Assembly: GCA_028023455.1 (NCBI GenBank)
Contig: JAQFVV010000004.1
Span: 4,898,001 to 4,962,000 of the forward strand
DNA from: Epiperipatus broadwayi
Lineage: Eukaryota; Animalia; Onychophora
Direction of reading: 5' to 3'
DNA: 64,000 nucleotides
Part shown: positions 41,124 to 52,547 of the stretch, in pieces
Numbering within the stretch: the stretch's first letter is position 1
How the letters are laid out: each line of letters starts with the position of its first letter
Notes under the pieces: model-generated
Told to the model about the DNA's origin: nothing
The model's input: the letters and a program-made list of their open reading frames with translations, nothing else
The model's database searches: none
Translations under genes and position numbers: made by a program

Positions 41124-41557
41124 GTTACCATCATGGCAAACAACTGAATTAAGGGTTTTTTTATTGCCAGAAGATTGTAAAGTTACCAGACAAGGCAGCA
41201 ATTGATGATAAAAGATTGAAAATGCTAAGCATCTTCTGATTAAAGACCCAGGGTGCCATTTTAATGAAGATTTTTAATTAGATACTTACAACTTTAGATC
41301 ACTTTCAAGTGAAGAAGACTGCATGAATTGGAAGATAACTATGCAATATTAGATGGGACATTATGAAACTTTGTAAAATTAAAAGACAAAATAAAGAGGC
41401 CTGAAGGTTTGTAATGATAGTATATTATAAGATGTGATATGTTGGACTATTTCCATCATTTATGAGTGAATGTTGAATGTATAGAAAATTTTAAACTTTA
41501 GTTAAACTTTCCAAATACAAACTTGTTAGTAATAGCACACATATAGTCAATATAATT

Positions 41558-41603
41558 ACATAACGTTTTGAGTAGTATTATTCTCCACTCTTCTTCAGGT
41601 GTT
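41558..41603 (-). ncRNA. Type-I hammerhead-like motif (G12->A)
   Basis: Reverse complement acac CTGAAGA A GAGT...ACTC AAAA CGTT atgt; palindromic ACGT stem III. Confidence 0.6.
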
Positions 41604-42262
41604 GCTGGCCTATATGCACAGTGTAATATATGCAGTTTAAATTAAACATACATACGAAAGCATCTTTATTCTAAAATATTATTTTATTGCTAAATCTTTA
41701 AATATTGCTACTAATATTCTAATCATAGACATTAGCTTGAAATGCAATCGATTGTAACAAACTAATTAAACAGATAACGAAGGAATTTAATTAGCAAAAC
41801 CTAATCTAATTAAATCCCACCTTAATTTATAAGTTACTCCAGAAAACAAAAGAAAGAAAACATATAAAAGGGAGGCCATTTTTGAAAAGAACAACAGAGT
41901 GAGTACAGAGCGTTTTAAGTGAATTAGAGCAGAGCATTAGTTGCAAAGAATAGCATGGGAATTGCGTATTACCCTCTTGGAGAAAGAAGAGAAGTTAGAC
42001 GTAGAAACTAGATGTTCAGAATTATCATGCGAGTATTCATTATCGTATGTTCATAGTGTATTTTTCTAACACAGCTCGGCGGGAATCAGAACTTTGTATA
42101 AACTGTAAATCAGTTAGTATCGATCTGTTTGGAGAATTAAACCAACTAGTTCGCAAATTAACTTTTGTGTGCAGTAATTGAAGAGTCAATATACTGCAAT
42201 CTGGCACAGTCAAATTAGTCGAACCTAAAAACCACAGTGAATAACCAGCTATTAATTAGAAA

Positions 42263-42919
42263 ATGTCAGTTTTCGGACAAAACTCTATTGGAGAGTTCGA
42301 CGTGGAAAACGCGGCCGATTGGCCACTATACCTGTCACAAATCGAAAATTTCTTCATTTTAAATGGCATTGAAGACAACAAGCAGAAAGTAGCTGCCCTT
42401 TTATGTTTCTCGGGGAAAAAAATTATTGAAATCGCCAATAAATTATACCAAAATCCCGTAGATGAGAATGTACCATTTAAGGAATTATCCCAACGGCTAA
42501 ACGAATTTTTTAGTCCTCGCCCATCCCGACATATAGCATGCCTATAGTTAAGGAATAGAAAACAACTAAATAGTGAAACAATCAAACAGTATAATTTAGC
42601 TCTCAAGGAGTTAGCAAAAGATTGTGTATACGGTGATTTCATAGAAGAAATATTATTAGATCAACTATTATGGGGAATGTCTGATGACAGGCTCAGACAA
42701 CAGCTGTTAACAGAGGCAGACCTAACCTTTGAAAGTGCTATAAAGAAAGGAATAATGTTTGAGCTAATTCTAGAACAGGCACAGGCCTTCAGATCAAAAG
42801 AGAAAAGTTACGAGCAAGTTTTCAAAACTGATAAAGCAGAAATATGTTTGTTTCAACACAGGAACTCCAGAGAAATTACGGAATTAAATGCTACTGCTGC
42901 AGGAAAACAGGCCACATAG
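42263..42919 (+). pseudogene. gag: Gypsy gag capsid region (premature stop 42545-42547, frameshift near 42835-42890)
   Basis: IGEFD...DWPLYLSQIENFFILNGIED...VAALL...RKQLNSETIKQY...LKELAKDC.YG...LLDQLLWG.SD.RLRQQLL.E.DLT matches the Mag/K02A2.6-like gag pattern. Confidence 0.85.
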
Positions 42920-43650
42920 CTAAAGACTGCAAATGGAAACAAGAAATGTGTTTCAATTGCCGAACTAAGGGTCACCTTGCACGTGCATGCAGACAATCAC
43001 CAGAAAGGGATAGTCGACAAAGGAAATATAGTCCAGACACAAATGGTAGAGCATATAGTATTAAATATATATCTACCAAAGGGGAAAGAGATAGGACCAT
43101 TTCGCAAGCACAAACAGAGGTCATTAAATTACAAAATCAATTTGAAGATGATCGGAAAGACTCTGAACAGAAGCAGTGTAAAGAGCAACTCCAGATTCAC
43201 ATAAAGATGATAGATATGTTGGTCACAGAAAAAACAAAGCTGCAGTCATCCCTAGCACAAAGTCAGCAGGTTATAAAACAGAAATCAGATGAACTCGAAG
43301 AATTTCAAGTAAGACTGAAGGCTTCTAGACAACGAGTAATAGAACTTAAACAACAAAACTCAGAACTTAGTGAAAAATTGCAAAGTAAACTCACAATATC
43401 AGAATTATCCGAACAGGTAGAGAGTTGGCAGCTGTATGAAATGGAACCACAAGAAAAAATGGCCGAAAGTGAAAAGGAAGAAGACACTTCTGAAGATTTT
43501 TTAGAAGAGCGGCAATCTTTAACCAGTGAGCTGCCAGATACAAAAACTGTAGAGCAAGGAAAAAATCAGACTCTCTCCAAGCAGGAGAAAAAAGCACTCA
43601 GGGTGGCAAGGAAAAAGAATTTGCACAAATTTCAAGGTTACATCAGTTAA
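42844..43650 (+). CDS. 268-codon open frame: two Gag CCHC knuckles fused to a golgin A2 (GM130)-like coiled coil and a basic C-terminus
   Basis: CYCCRKTGHIAKDC and CFNCRTKGHLARAC, then QFEDDRKDSEQKQCKEQLQIHIKMIDMLVTEKTKLQSSLAQSQQVIKQKSDELEEFQVRLKASRQRVIEL, which resembles human GOLGA2 as recalled from memory ([72 protein letters not shown]); no search run. Confidence 0.8.
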   Translation: MFVSTQELQRNYGIKCYCCRKTGHIAKDCKWKQEMCFNCRTKGHLARACRQSPERDSRQRKYSPDTNGRAYSIKYISTKGERDRTISQAQTEVIKLQNQFEDDRKDSEQKQCKEQLQIHIKMIDMLVTEKTKLQSSLAQSQQVIKQKSDELEEFQVRLKASRQRVIELKQQNSELSEKLQSKLTISELSEQVESWQLYEMEPQEKMAESEKEEDTSEDFLEERQSLTSELPDTKTVEQGKNQTLSKQEKKALRVARKKNLHKFQGYIS

Positions 43651-44478
43651 TCGTAAAAATAAAGTTTTCTCCAGTTTGGAAAAAGAAAAAATAAAGCACC
43701 GAGGAGTCGCATCATGGGGTTTTCTGGACTAAGGGGAGGTATTGTAATATATGCAGTTTAAATTAAACGTACATACGAAAGCATCTTTATTCTAAAATAT
43801 TATTTTATTGTTAAATCTTTAAATTTTGCTACTAATATTCTAATCATGGACGTTAGCTTGAAACGCAATCGATTGTAACAAACTAATTAAACAGATAATG
43901 AAGGAATTTAATTAGCAAAACCCAATCTAATTAAATCCCACCTTAATTTATAAGTTACTCCAGAAAACAAAAAAAATAAAACATATAAAAGGGAGGCCAT
44001 TTTTGAAAAGAACAACAGAGTGAGTACAGAGCATTTTAAGTGAATTAGAGCAGATCATTAGTTGCAAAGAACAGCATGGGAATTGCGTATTACCCTCATG
44101 GAGAAAGAAGAGAAGTTAGATGTAGAAACTAGACGTTCAGAATTATCGTGCGAGTATTCGTTATCGTGTGTTCGTAGTATATTTTTCTAACACAGCTCAG
44201 CGGGAATCAGAACTTTGTACACACTGTAAATCAGTTAGTATCGATCTGTTTGGAGAATTAAACCAACTAGTTCGCAAATTAACTTTTGTGTGCAGTAATT
44301 GAAGAGTCAATATACTGCACACAGTGACAATATTCACTTAGAAGTTGAACTTGCACCTTTAGATTCTTGACAGAATAGCTCAGTTGGTAGAGTGTTTGCC
44401 TTAAATTCAATATTCAAGAATCTAAAGGTGAGAGTTCAACTTCTAAGTGAATATTGTCACTGTGCGTATAGGCCAGAA

Positions 44479-44523
44479 ACACCTGAAGAAGAGTTGAGAA
44501 TACTACTACTCAAAATGTTGTGT
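44479..44523 (+). ncRNA. Type-I hammerhead-like motif, degenerate
   Basis: acac CTGAAGA A GAGT...ACTC AAAA TGTT gtgt; stem I ACAC/GTGT; two changes compatible with CpG decay. Confidence 0.55.
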
Positions 44524-45130
44524 AATTACTAACTCATATTGTCTATATGTGTGCTATTACTAACAAGTTGTTTGTATTTGGAAAGTTTAAATAAAGTTTA
44601 AAATTTTCTGTACATTCAACATTCACTCATAAATGATGGAAATAGTCCAACATATCACATCTTATAATATACCATCATTACAAACCTTCAGACAAATAAA
44701 GAGGCAATTGATTTAAAAAGTGGACATGTACTTTATTACAAAGACACAAATATTAGAAGCACAAGTGGAATGTGATTCATTATAAATAAAAGTGAAAAAA
44801 TAAACTTATGAAGATTGACAATGTTTCAGATGGAGTGGCAGGTTTAGTTATTCACAATATTGGAAAATCCAAAATGCAGATTATTCAAGTGTATTCTCAA
44901 CCATTTCTATTTGTAATGAATAAATAGATTTTTATGTGGATGTGCAAAATGTTTGGTCAGACCAAACAACATTTTAAAATTGTCATGGAAGATTGCAGTG
45001 GTAGAACTGCTAAATGATTGAAAGATGAAAGTTGTGGGTAATTTGGTTGTGGTAAATAAAAATTACAGATTTATGGAGTTTGCAGGAAAAAAAAGTGTAT
45101 ATTATGATTTTTTTTTTTAATGCTAAATGG

Positions 45131-48100
45131 CAGGGCCGGCGGAAGCGGGCATGCAACGCATGCTAGGCATGCGGGCGCTGGCAGAAGGAGGCGCCATCAC
45201 TGAGAGATTAGCATCTGAAAAAGAAGGCGCCATCCCTGAGAAATTAAAACTCTACTAACAAAAATACTCACATTTGAAGAATATTATTCTCAAATGTTTA
45301 TTTACAAAAATTATTGAGAGTAGATTATTGAAAATCATATGAAGTCATATTATATCTTATTAAATGACACACACAAGCAGGCCTGCACACAAGCTCTGCT
45401 TAATATTAAAAATATAAAACAATCAAATCTATTATTTATCATGAACAATAAACTAAACATAAAGTTTATTATATTACAAATTTCATATTGTAATGTTTAT
45501 ATATATATAGTACTGCTTATAGTAAACTATAAGTAACTTTCTGCTAGCAAATATATAAATAAACACACACTAAAAGTATTATAAATTAGAACTTATGTAT
45601 GTATATGCGTATATATATATATTAGATCATGTACATAATTTTGAAATCGTAAGAAACGATTATAATATTGCAAAATAAAACATTTTCTAATTTTTTATTT
45701 AAATAATAATTTGATATAAATATTCGAACGTGTATGTAATATATATTATAGGTATAATTCCAGTAAACTTAATATAATTTTCAGTTTACTTTTTATTTTA
45801 TATATTTTAATCGTTGTCAAAAGTCTATTTTTTCTGCATACTAATTAGGTTTGCAAATTAATTACATACGTTTGCTTATGATGTTTATCGCAAATTTTAA
45901 AATCTTAGTAAGAACTTGTAAACAATAATTATAATCCCAGGAAATTTTCTATTGAAATCGCAAATCAGCCTGGCAGGCCACCTGTGTTAATTAGAAAAAT
46001 ATATGATAACAAAAGAAAATCTTGCCAATGGTAAAACTAAAATGTTCAATCAAGCGTAAAAAACTGGACACTTGAGTTATTTTAAAACCTGACCATTTTT
46101 AATGTCAATGGCTGAATATTTCCAATTTATTAGCTGCCTTTTTTAGGTAAACAAGTTAAACAACTTCTTCCCCTCTGCGTATAAAGTTTTGTATTTTGGC
46201 GCAAGAAGTAATTTGTGTTGGACATCTAAATTAGTGATATATAATCTTAAGTATTAAGATACATGATGTAAATATATAAATTAGAGTCCGTATTTATTTA
46301 TTTATTACATTTGAAAATTATTTTAAAGTGGCGTTCATGAGTAAAAGTAATATGGAATCAAAAACTAAGAAAAAACTATCCGGTGCACAAAATCGTAAAC
46401 GCCAAGCTGAAAAAATAGCAAACATTAAAAAACAAAGTGGATCACTTAATAAATATCTTAAAATATCAACTGCTTCTGAAATAGCTTATACTCAACAAGA
46501 ACCAGAACCCTGCACATCATCTAGTTCACAGGGAACTGTTGAAAATATTGAACAAGATTTTAGTAAGAAACAGTTAAGTGACAACAAAGTCATTGTGCCA
46601 ATATCATATCAAATGTGTACAAATTTAGAAGATCCAGCTGAATGGAATAAAATCGATGACAAACTACGTGTTATTTTAGTAGAAATGGGGCCTGTTCAAA
46701 AGAAAGATATTATATATCCGAACGATGTACATGGCGTAAATTTTCTGATGTATATTATAATAGAAAAATGGAAAACGGAGAAGTAGTTTTTCGAAAATGG
46801 CTTATTTATTCCGAAATTTTGAACTCTGTGTTTTGCTTTTGTTGCAAAGTTTTTGGATCTACTGAATCTAGCCTCATAGAAGGATACAATAATTGGAGAA
46901 ATTTAAGTACAACTTTACACAGACATGAAACTAGTATGGCTCACTGAAAAGTTTATTGAATTGAATGAACTTGAGAAAAGATTAAAAAACAAAATTACTA
47001 TTGATTGTCAATCTCAAAATTTATATGAAATGGAAAAGAAACATTGGAGGAGTGTGTTGGAAGGCGATTGAAATTATCAAATTCCTTGGTAGTCAAAATT
47101 TAGCATTTGGGATCATCTGATAAATTATACAAAAAATAACGAAATTTTTAAAATTAATTGAATTATTTGAAGTTTGATCCCGTTATGGAAAATCATGTTG
47201 AGAGGGCCCTAGATCAAAACAATAGAGTACATTATTTGAGCAAAGATAGCCAAAATGAATTATTGGAAATTTTAAGTACAGCAATTAGGGAAACAATTTT
47301 ATTATCGATAAAGAAATCCAAATATTATTCTATTATTTTAGATTGTACACCAGATGCAAGTAAAACTGAACAAATGACATAATTATTCGCTGCTTTTTGT
47401 AATAATGGAACGTTAAAATTAGAGAAAACTTTTTAGGTTTCATAGATATAACAGATTCCACTGGACGAGGTTTATGTACAACAATAATTAAACAACTGGA
47501 AAAATGGAAGATTCCCATTGAAGACATGCATGGTCAAGGGTATGATAATGGGGCCAACATGAAAGGCAAAAAGGCTGGACTTCAAAATTTGATTTTAACC
47601 AAAAACCCTCATGCATTTTACATACCATGTGCTGCTCATTCTTTAAACTTAATCATAAACGATGCGCAAAGTCAATGTAGATACAATTGGTTTTTTTGTA
47701 ATTGTTCAAAAAATATACAATTTTTTTCATCATCTTATAAACGGTGGTCAATCCTTTTAAAATTTATTAAAACTTTAACTCTAAAACAACCATCAGAAGC
47801 ACGATGGGAAAGCAAATTGATGCAATCCGCCTCTACGGTATCAGTTGGGTGAAATTTATGATGCACTCTATGAAATAATGAACAACGAATCTTTTAATAG
47901 AGAAATTCAACATGAAGCTCAATCACCCTGCACTAACCTTAAGGATTACAAATTTATTTGTTCTTTAATAATTTGGCATGATATATTAAATAGAATAAAT
48001 CCTGTCAGTAAAATGCTCCAAAATGTAAATATGAATGCTTCACTTGCTTTAGAATCGATCGCAAATCTAAATAAATTTTTACGAGAATATCGATCAGATT

Positions 48101-49681
48101 CAAATTTCAAAAACATTCTCAAAATTGCAGATGAACTTAGTGAAGAGGTTGATGGAGAGAAAGAATTTAAAACTGCCAAAGAAGTTCGACAACAGAAAAA
48201 ACTCGTCAATTTGATTACGAGCATCAGGACGAAACACCTCAAATACCTGAAGAAAAATTTAAAATAAACATGTTTTTTACACTTTTAGATGTAGCGATTA
48301 ATTCTTTAACAGAACGCTTTGAACTCCTCGAACATGTTATAATAATTTCAATTTTCTATATAAAATATCAGAAATTAATAAGAGCGAGTTACAAGCAAAA
48401 TGCAAAGATTTAGAAAATATTTTGAAATTTGATAACAGTAAAGATATTAATGCTACAGATTTATTCGACGAATTATGTGCTTTTCGAGATATTTTTCAAA
48501 AGGATTTTTTAAATTCTCAAAACCCTTTCGAAACACTTAATTTTATAGTTTCTAATAATTTATCTATGCCAAACTTATCAATAGCTTTAAGAATATTATT
48601 AACATTACCTGTTAGTGTTGCAAGGGTGAACGCTCTTTTTCTAAGTTAAAATTAATTAAAACTTACTTGAGAACAACTATGTCACAAAACGGCTTGTTAA
48701 TTTGGCATTAATTGCTATTGAAAATGATATTTGTGCAGAACTGGAAATAAATACAATCATATCAAGGTTTATTAATATGAAGTCAAGGAGTATAAAATTA
48801 TTATAATTATAACATGTTTTGTAATGCATTTACTTTTTTTAACTGTATTTTCTTTTTTTTTAATATTAAAAATTATTTATTTACATTGCCTTGTTTGTTT
48901 CCCTTAGAAAGATTTTGTACACTAATATTTATAACATGTAGGTGGTATACATTAAAGTGACCAGATTTTAACATTGGTAAAACGGGACACCATTGACCGG
49001 GGGGGGAAGAGCTGATTAAAAATTTGGTTTATATGGAGCGTTTATATAGATATAGCGTACATTAATAATAATAAATTAAATATGTATGTTTGTAATCTTT
49101 ATCTTTTTAAAATTATTTCATTTATAAATTGTAAATTTATTATTAAATTTGCTAATATTTGCATAAATTTAGAGGTTAGAAAAATTAGCAAAAATTTTAA
49201 AAATAATGGGTTTGTTAAAAACAGACAGAGACGCAAATAATAAATATGAAATTTTTAAAAAAAAATATTTGAGATTAAAATATGTAAATGTTTTTCGAAA
49301 ATTATTTTAAACATTTAAATATTTTAATCTCAAACATTTTTTTTTAATTTATTATATATATATATATGAATCACTCTGTCTATTTTTAACAAACACATTA
49401 TTTTTAAAATTTCTGCAAATTTTTCTAACATCTAAATTTGCCGTGTTAAATTATATATTATTTCATACAAACCGTTTGTATGAAATAATATATAATTTAA
49501 CAATCAATTTTATGCTATTTTTGATATCAAAAATAGCATTACATCATGCATTCTTTCTAAAAATCATGACTTTTTTAAAACGCCATGGGACACGGTCGGG
49601 TCACCTTAGTAAACATACATATTGACAGGGGCGCCAAAATCAAATTTGCATGCGGGCGCCTAGTACCCAGTGCCGGCCCTG
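45131..49681 (+). mobile_element. hAT transposon (ZMYM1-like transposase), full length, transposase decayed
   Basis: TIRs cagggccggc / gccggccctg; 8-bp TSD ctaaatgg at 45123-45130 and 49682-49689. Confidence 0.95.
46338..48790 (+). pseudogene. hAT transposase (TTF-type zinc finger, catalytic core, C-terminal dimerisation domain), frameshifted
   Basis: KWLIYSEILNSVFCFCCKVF; YYSIILDCTPDAS; GQGYDNGANMKG; IPCAAHSLNL; RWES; ALRILLTLPVSVA...RSFSKLKLIKTYLRTTMSQ. Confidence 0.9.
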
Positions 49682-50584
49682 CTAAATGGTAATGGATATA
49701 GAATCATACAAATAAAGTTACATTAGACTTGAATTAGATTTTGACTAACAGGAAATATAATGTATTTCAAGATTATAATGTTCTTAATAAGATCTTCATA
49801 TGAAATGAAACTATTGGAAAACTATGCTAAATCTTTAAATGATAGAGATATATATCAGATAATTGAAAGAGTGCTATAGTAATACTGATCTTTAAGAAAG
49901 ATATTAAAGCAAGTATTAGAAATTATAGGTAATCTGTTCTATATAAACGTTAAATATTTTTCAAGATAATTACAACTCATCTTCGGAAAATTTTGCGTTT
50001 TAATCAAACAAAATAAACTGGATTTGAAACGAATTTTTGCACAGTGGATCACATCCTAATATTGAGAGACATTATACAAAGACCCAATGAATATTAGTTG
50101 CCATTACGTTTTAGATTTATAGAATATAAAAAACTATGTGATTCTATAAATATTTCTGCAATGATTAAAGCATTGAATCTTCAATATATAAATTCAGAAT
50201 ATTGTTTTCTATTCTAAAGAATATTTATTAAAATGCAACAATAGTAATTAGATTACATAGTGGTACTAAAAACATTAACCTTGACAAAAATATCTAATAA
50301 GCTTAAGAGATAGTGTCATGTGATCTGTGACTCTTATTTTGACTATTTATCTAATAAGATGTTTCCATATATCAAAACTTTTTACAGCAGTTTTACCCAG
50401 AGTATGTTGTGGATTTAAATAATAAGGGAATAAATAGAGATTATTTAAGTTACCTAGATTTTGCAACTGATGTGATTGCTTTTTCAAATACTGCTTCAGT
50501 GTCAGGAAATGTTACAAGGGTTATCAGATAAAAGTAAAATAGTAGGACTAAAGGTAAATGCTAAAAAGTCTGCAGTAAAGTCTA

Positions 50585-51041
50585 ATATATAGGGTATATG
50601 CGCACAGACTTTCACACGACCCACCACTCTTCACTCTATCTCATAACACTGATACTCTTGAACACATATATGTCGAAAAGTTAAACAATCACCAATATAC
50701 ATATTTCATGCTAAACCAGCAATCATCAGTTGGTCCAGATTACCATCTCCACACATATATATTAAGATAGCCAATCCTCATACTTTAATGGACAGGCTTC
50801 AATCTACTCCACATTCCAACTCTTCAACCGTCCATCCAATTGAAAATGTGATGATGGAATGCTCAAAGGCTACCCTGAGGCTGAGATTCTTGTCACACCC
50901 GTGTTGACCTAAGGTCACTCTGACTCCTCATGTACAGGACATAATCCATTTAATACATATACAAGGGATGGGTTTGTGCTCATATACCCTATATATTACA
51001 TATATAGACACAGGTATATAATAAGCCTGTGTATTTCAGTT
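50585..51041 (-). mobile_element. ~460-bp family copy with inverted terminal repeats, 11-bp TSD
   Basis: TSD agtaaagtcta at 50574-50584 and 51042-51052; body is the reverse complement of ~18990-19400; terminal repeat inverted here. Confidence 0.85.
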
Positions 51042-51306
51042 AGTAAAGTCTAGTGGATTTTCTCAAAAGAAGAAAATAAATATTGATAATGATGAAATGA
51101 AAGAAGTTAAAAATGACACATATTTAACTCAGATTATTAATTTAGACATGGAGTGGTTTTGGTGAAAATAATTTTATATTAAAATATTTTTAGTAGATGC
51201 AGTTTTTTTATGGATCTAGACTTGAAACATAAGAGAAGGGTTTGTCTGAAGATTTGTAGATGTGATAATATATTGGACTATGTCCATAATATATCAGTAA
51301 ATGTTT

Positions 51307-51416
51307 TTTTTCATATGTCATAGCATCGGCCAGAAGGCGAACCTGCAACAACCATCTGCAACCAACTGCTTGCTTGCAAGATAGCTGTGCTGACCTCTCG
51401 GTTAACAATGCTTGAC
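51307..51416 (-). mobile_element. tRNA-Gly-derived SINE copy 2
   Basis: 14-bp TSD atcagtaaatgttt; shares the internal gcaagcagttggttgcaga expansion with copy 5. Confidence 0.9.
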
Positions 51417-51449
51417 ATCAGTAAATGTTTAATGCATAGATATTTTAAA

Positions 51450-52500
51450 CTTCATTTAAACTTCACACAAGCAACTTGTAAGTAGTAACACACAAATAGA
51501 CAACACAGGTTAGCAATTTCATCATTTTTTGGAAATTGTCAAAGCAATGCCCGAAGTAGGCATTATTAATACTCTGGTGATATTTTTGTATCTGTTTTCA
51601 TCAACTCGTATGATTGCAAAATTTCCTAGAGTTTTAATGTGATTTTTAAATTGATCTCTTTGTGCATCTTCATAAAACTCAACTGCTATATATCTGTTAT
51701 TAGAAAGGTTGCCTATGCATTGTACTGTCTCCAGCAAATTATTTTTATTTAGTGCTTCAATAAGTAGTTCCTTGGGGAAATGGTAGAGTGCAGCGATTGT
51801 CTGTTACCACCAACACTATTGATTTTTCCATAAAAAATCTTTTGAATGTTGTAAAAAGTATTCTAGGTATTATGTTATTGAACCTGTCCCCAATTGTTCA
51901 AGCATTTCATCTGTCCAGTGTATGTGGGGGGGAGGCTCAATTTCATTTTGATTTACTAGATCTAAGTCTTTAAGATCGTCTGACATAATTTTCCTAAATC
52001 TGGGATTTTTCCCGGGTTTACATTATTTTGGTAAGTTTTGCAATAGTTGCATATGTTTTCTTGTGTTGTGCAAAGGACCAGCTTCTTGATCAGATGACTG
52101 GGCAGTTACCATTTTATAAGTAATTTTCCAACAAAGTAATGTTTTGTTTTGATTTTTTTAAACTAATTTTTTGTCTTTATTTTTTTAATTTAACTCTTAT
52201 TAACTTTTTCACTATTTTTTCTTCTACTCTTTTTTCTTTTTGTTTCTAAATAATGTTATTAATTATAATTGTTTGAATTGATGGCTATTCGCCATGCTGG
52301 AGAATTATAATACTACCCGTAGTTTTCTTATTTTTACCATTGTTCACTAATTATTTTAGAACACGCACATTTCTTAAAACACTCGGTTTAGCATTTTTAA
52401 ATCTTCAAGGAAAAAAAAATCCACTTTTATAGCTATTTAATCTTAAAAAACTAGGAGTCTTTTTTTTTATCTGCAACAGTGTAAGTAACCAGATGGTGCT
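51450..52500 (-). mobile_element. L1/Tx1-type 5' region and ORF1 N-terminal (RRM-like) fragment
   Basis: HFPKELLIEALNKNNLLETVQCIGNLSNNRYIAVEF...RVDENRYKNITRVLI; boundaries approximate. Confidence 0.55.
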
Positions 52501-52547
52501 CTGTTGTTGTTGTTATTATTATTATGATGATGATGATGATGTTTTAA

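Larger units (their letters stand above)
41622..44319 (+). mobile_element. Non-autonomous Ty3/Gypsy-type LTR element (2698 bp): gag fused to a GM130/GOLGA2-like segment, no pol
   Basis: LTRs 41622-42198 and 43743-44319 (577 bp each, TG...CA, ~24 mismatches counted by eye); TSD cacag at 41617-41621 and 44320-44324; PBS tggcacagtc at 42202-42211; PPT aaggggagg just before the 3' LTR. Confidence 0.95.
41401..44691. mobile_element. ~590-bp hammerhead-bearing palindromic PLE-type insertion, split by the LTR element
   Basis: Left arm 41401-41621 + 44325-44370, right arm 44414-44691, 43-nt loop; TSD acaaa(a)taaagaggc at 41386-41400 and 44692-44705. Confidence 0.85.
41190..51150 (+). mobile_element. 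RTE LINE copy 3, old, split into 41190-41400, 44692-45130, 49682-50584 and 51053-51150 by nested insertions
   Basis: Each piece continues the RTE endonuclease/RT sequence seen in copy 2 across the TSDs of the inserted elements; internal deletion near 49800. Confidence 0.75.

Noticed and set aside
40998-41201. Pro/Thr/Tyr-rich minus-strand ORF
   Set aside because: Translation of the (TAGG)n microsatellite.
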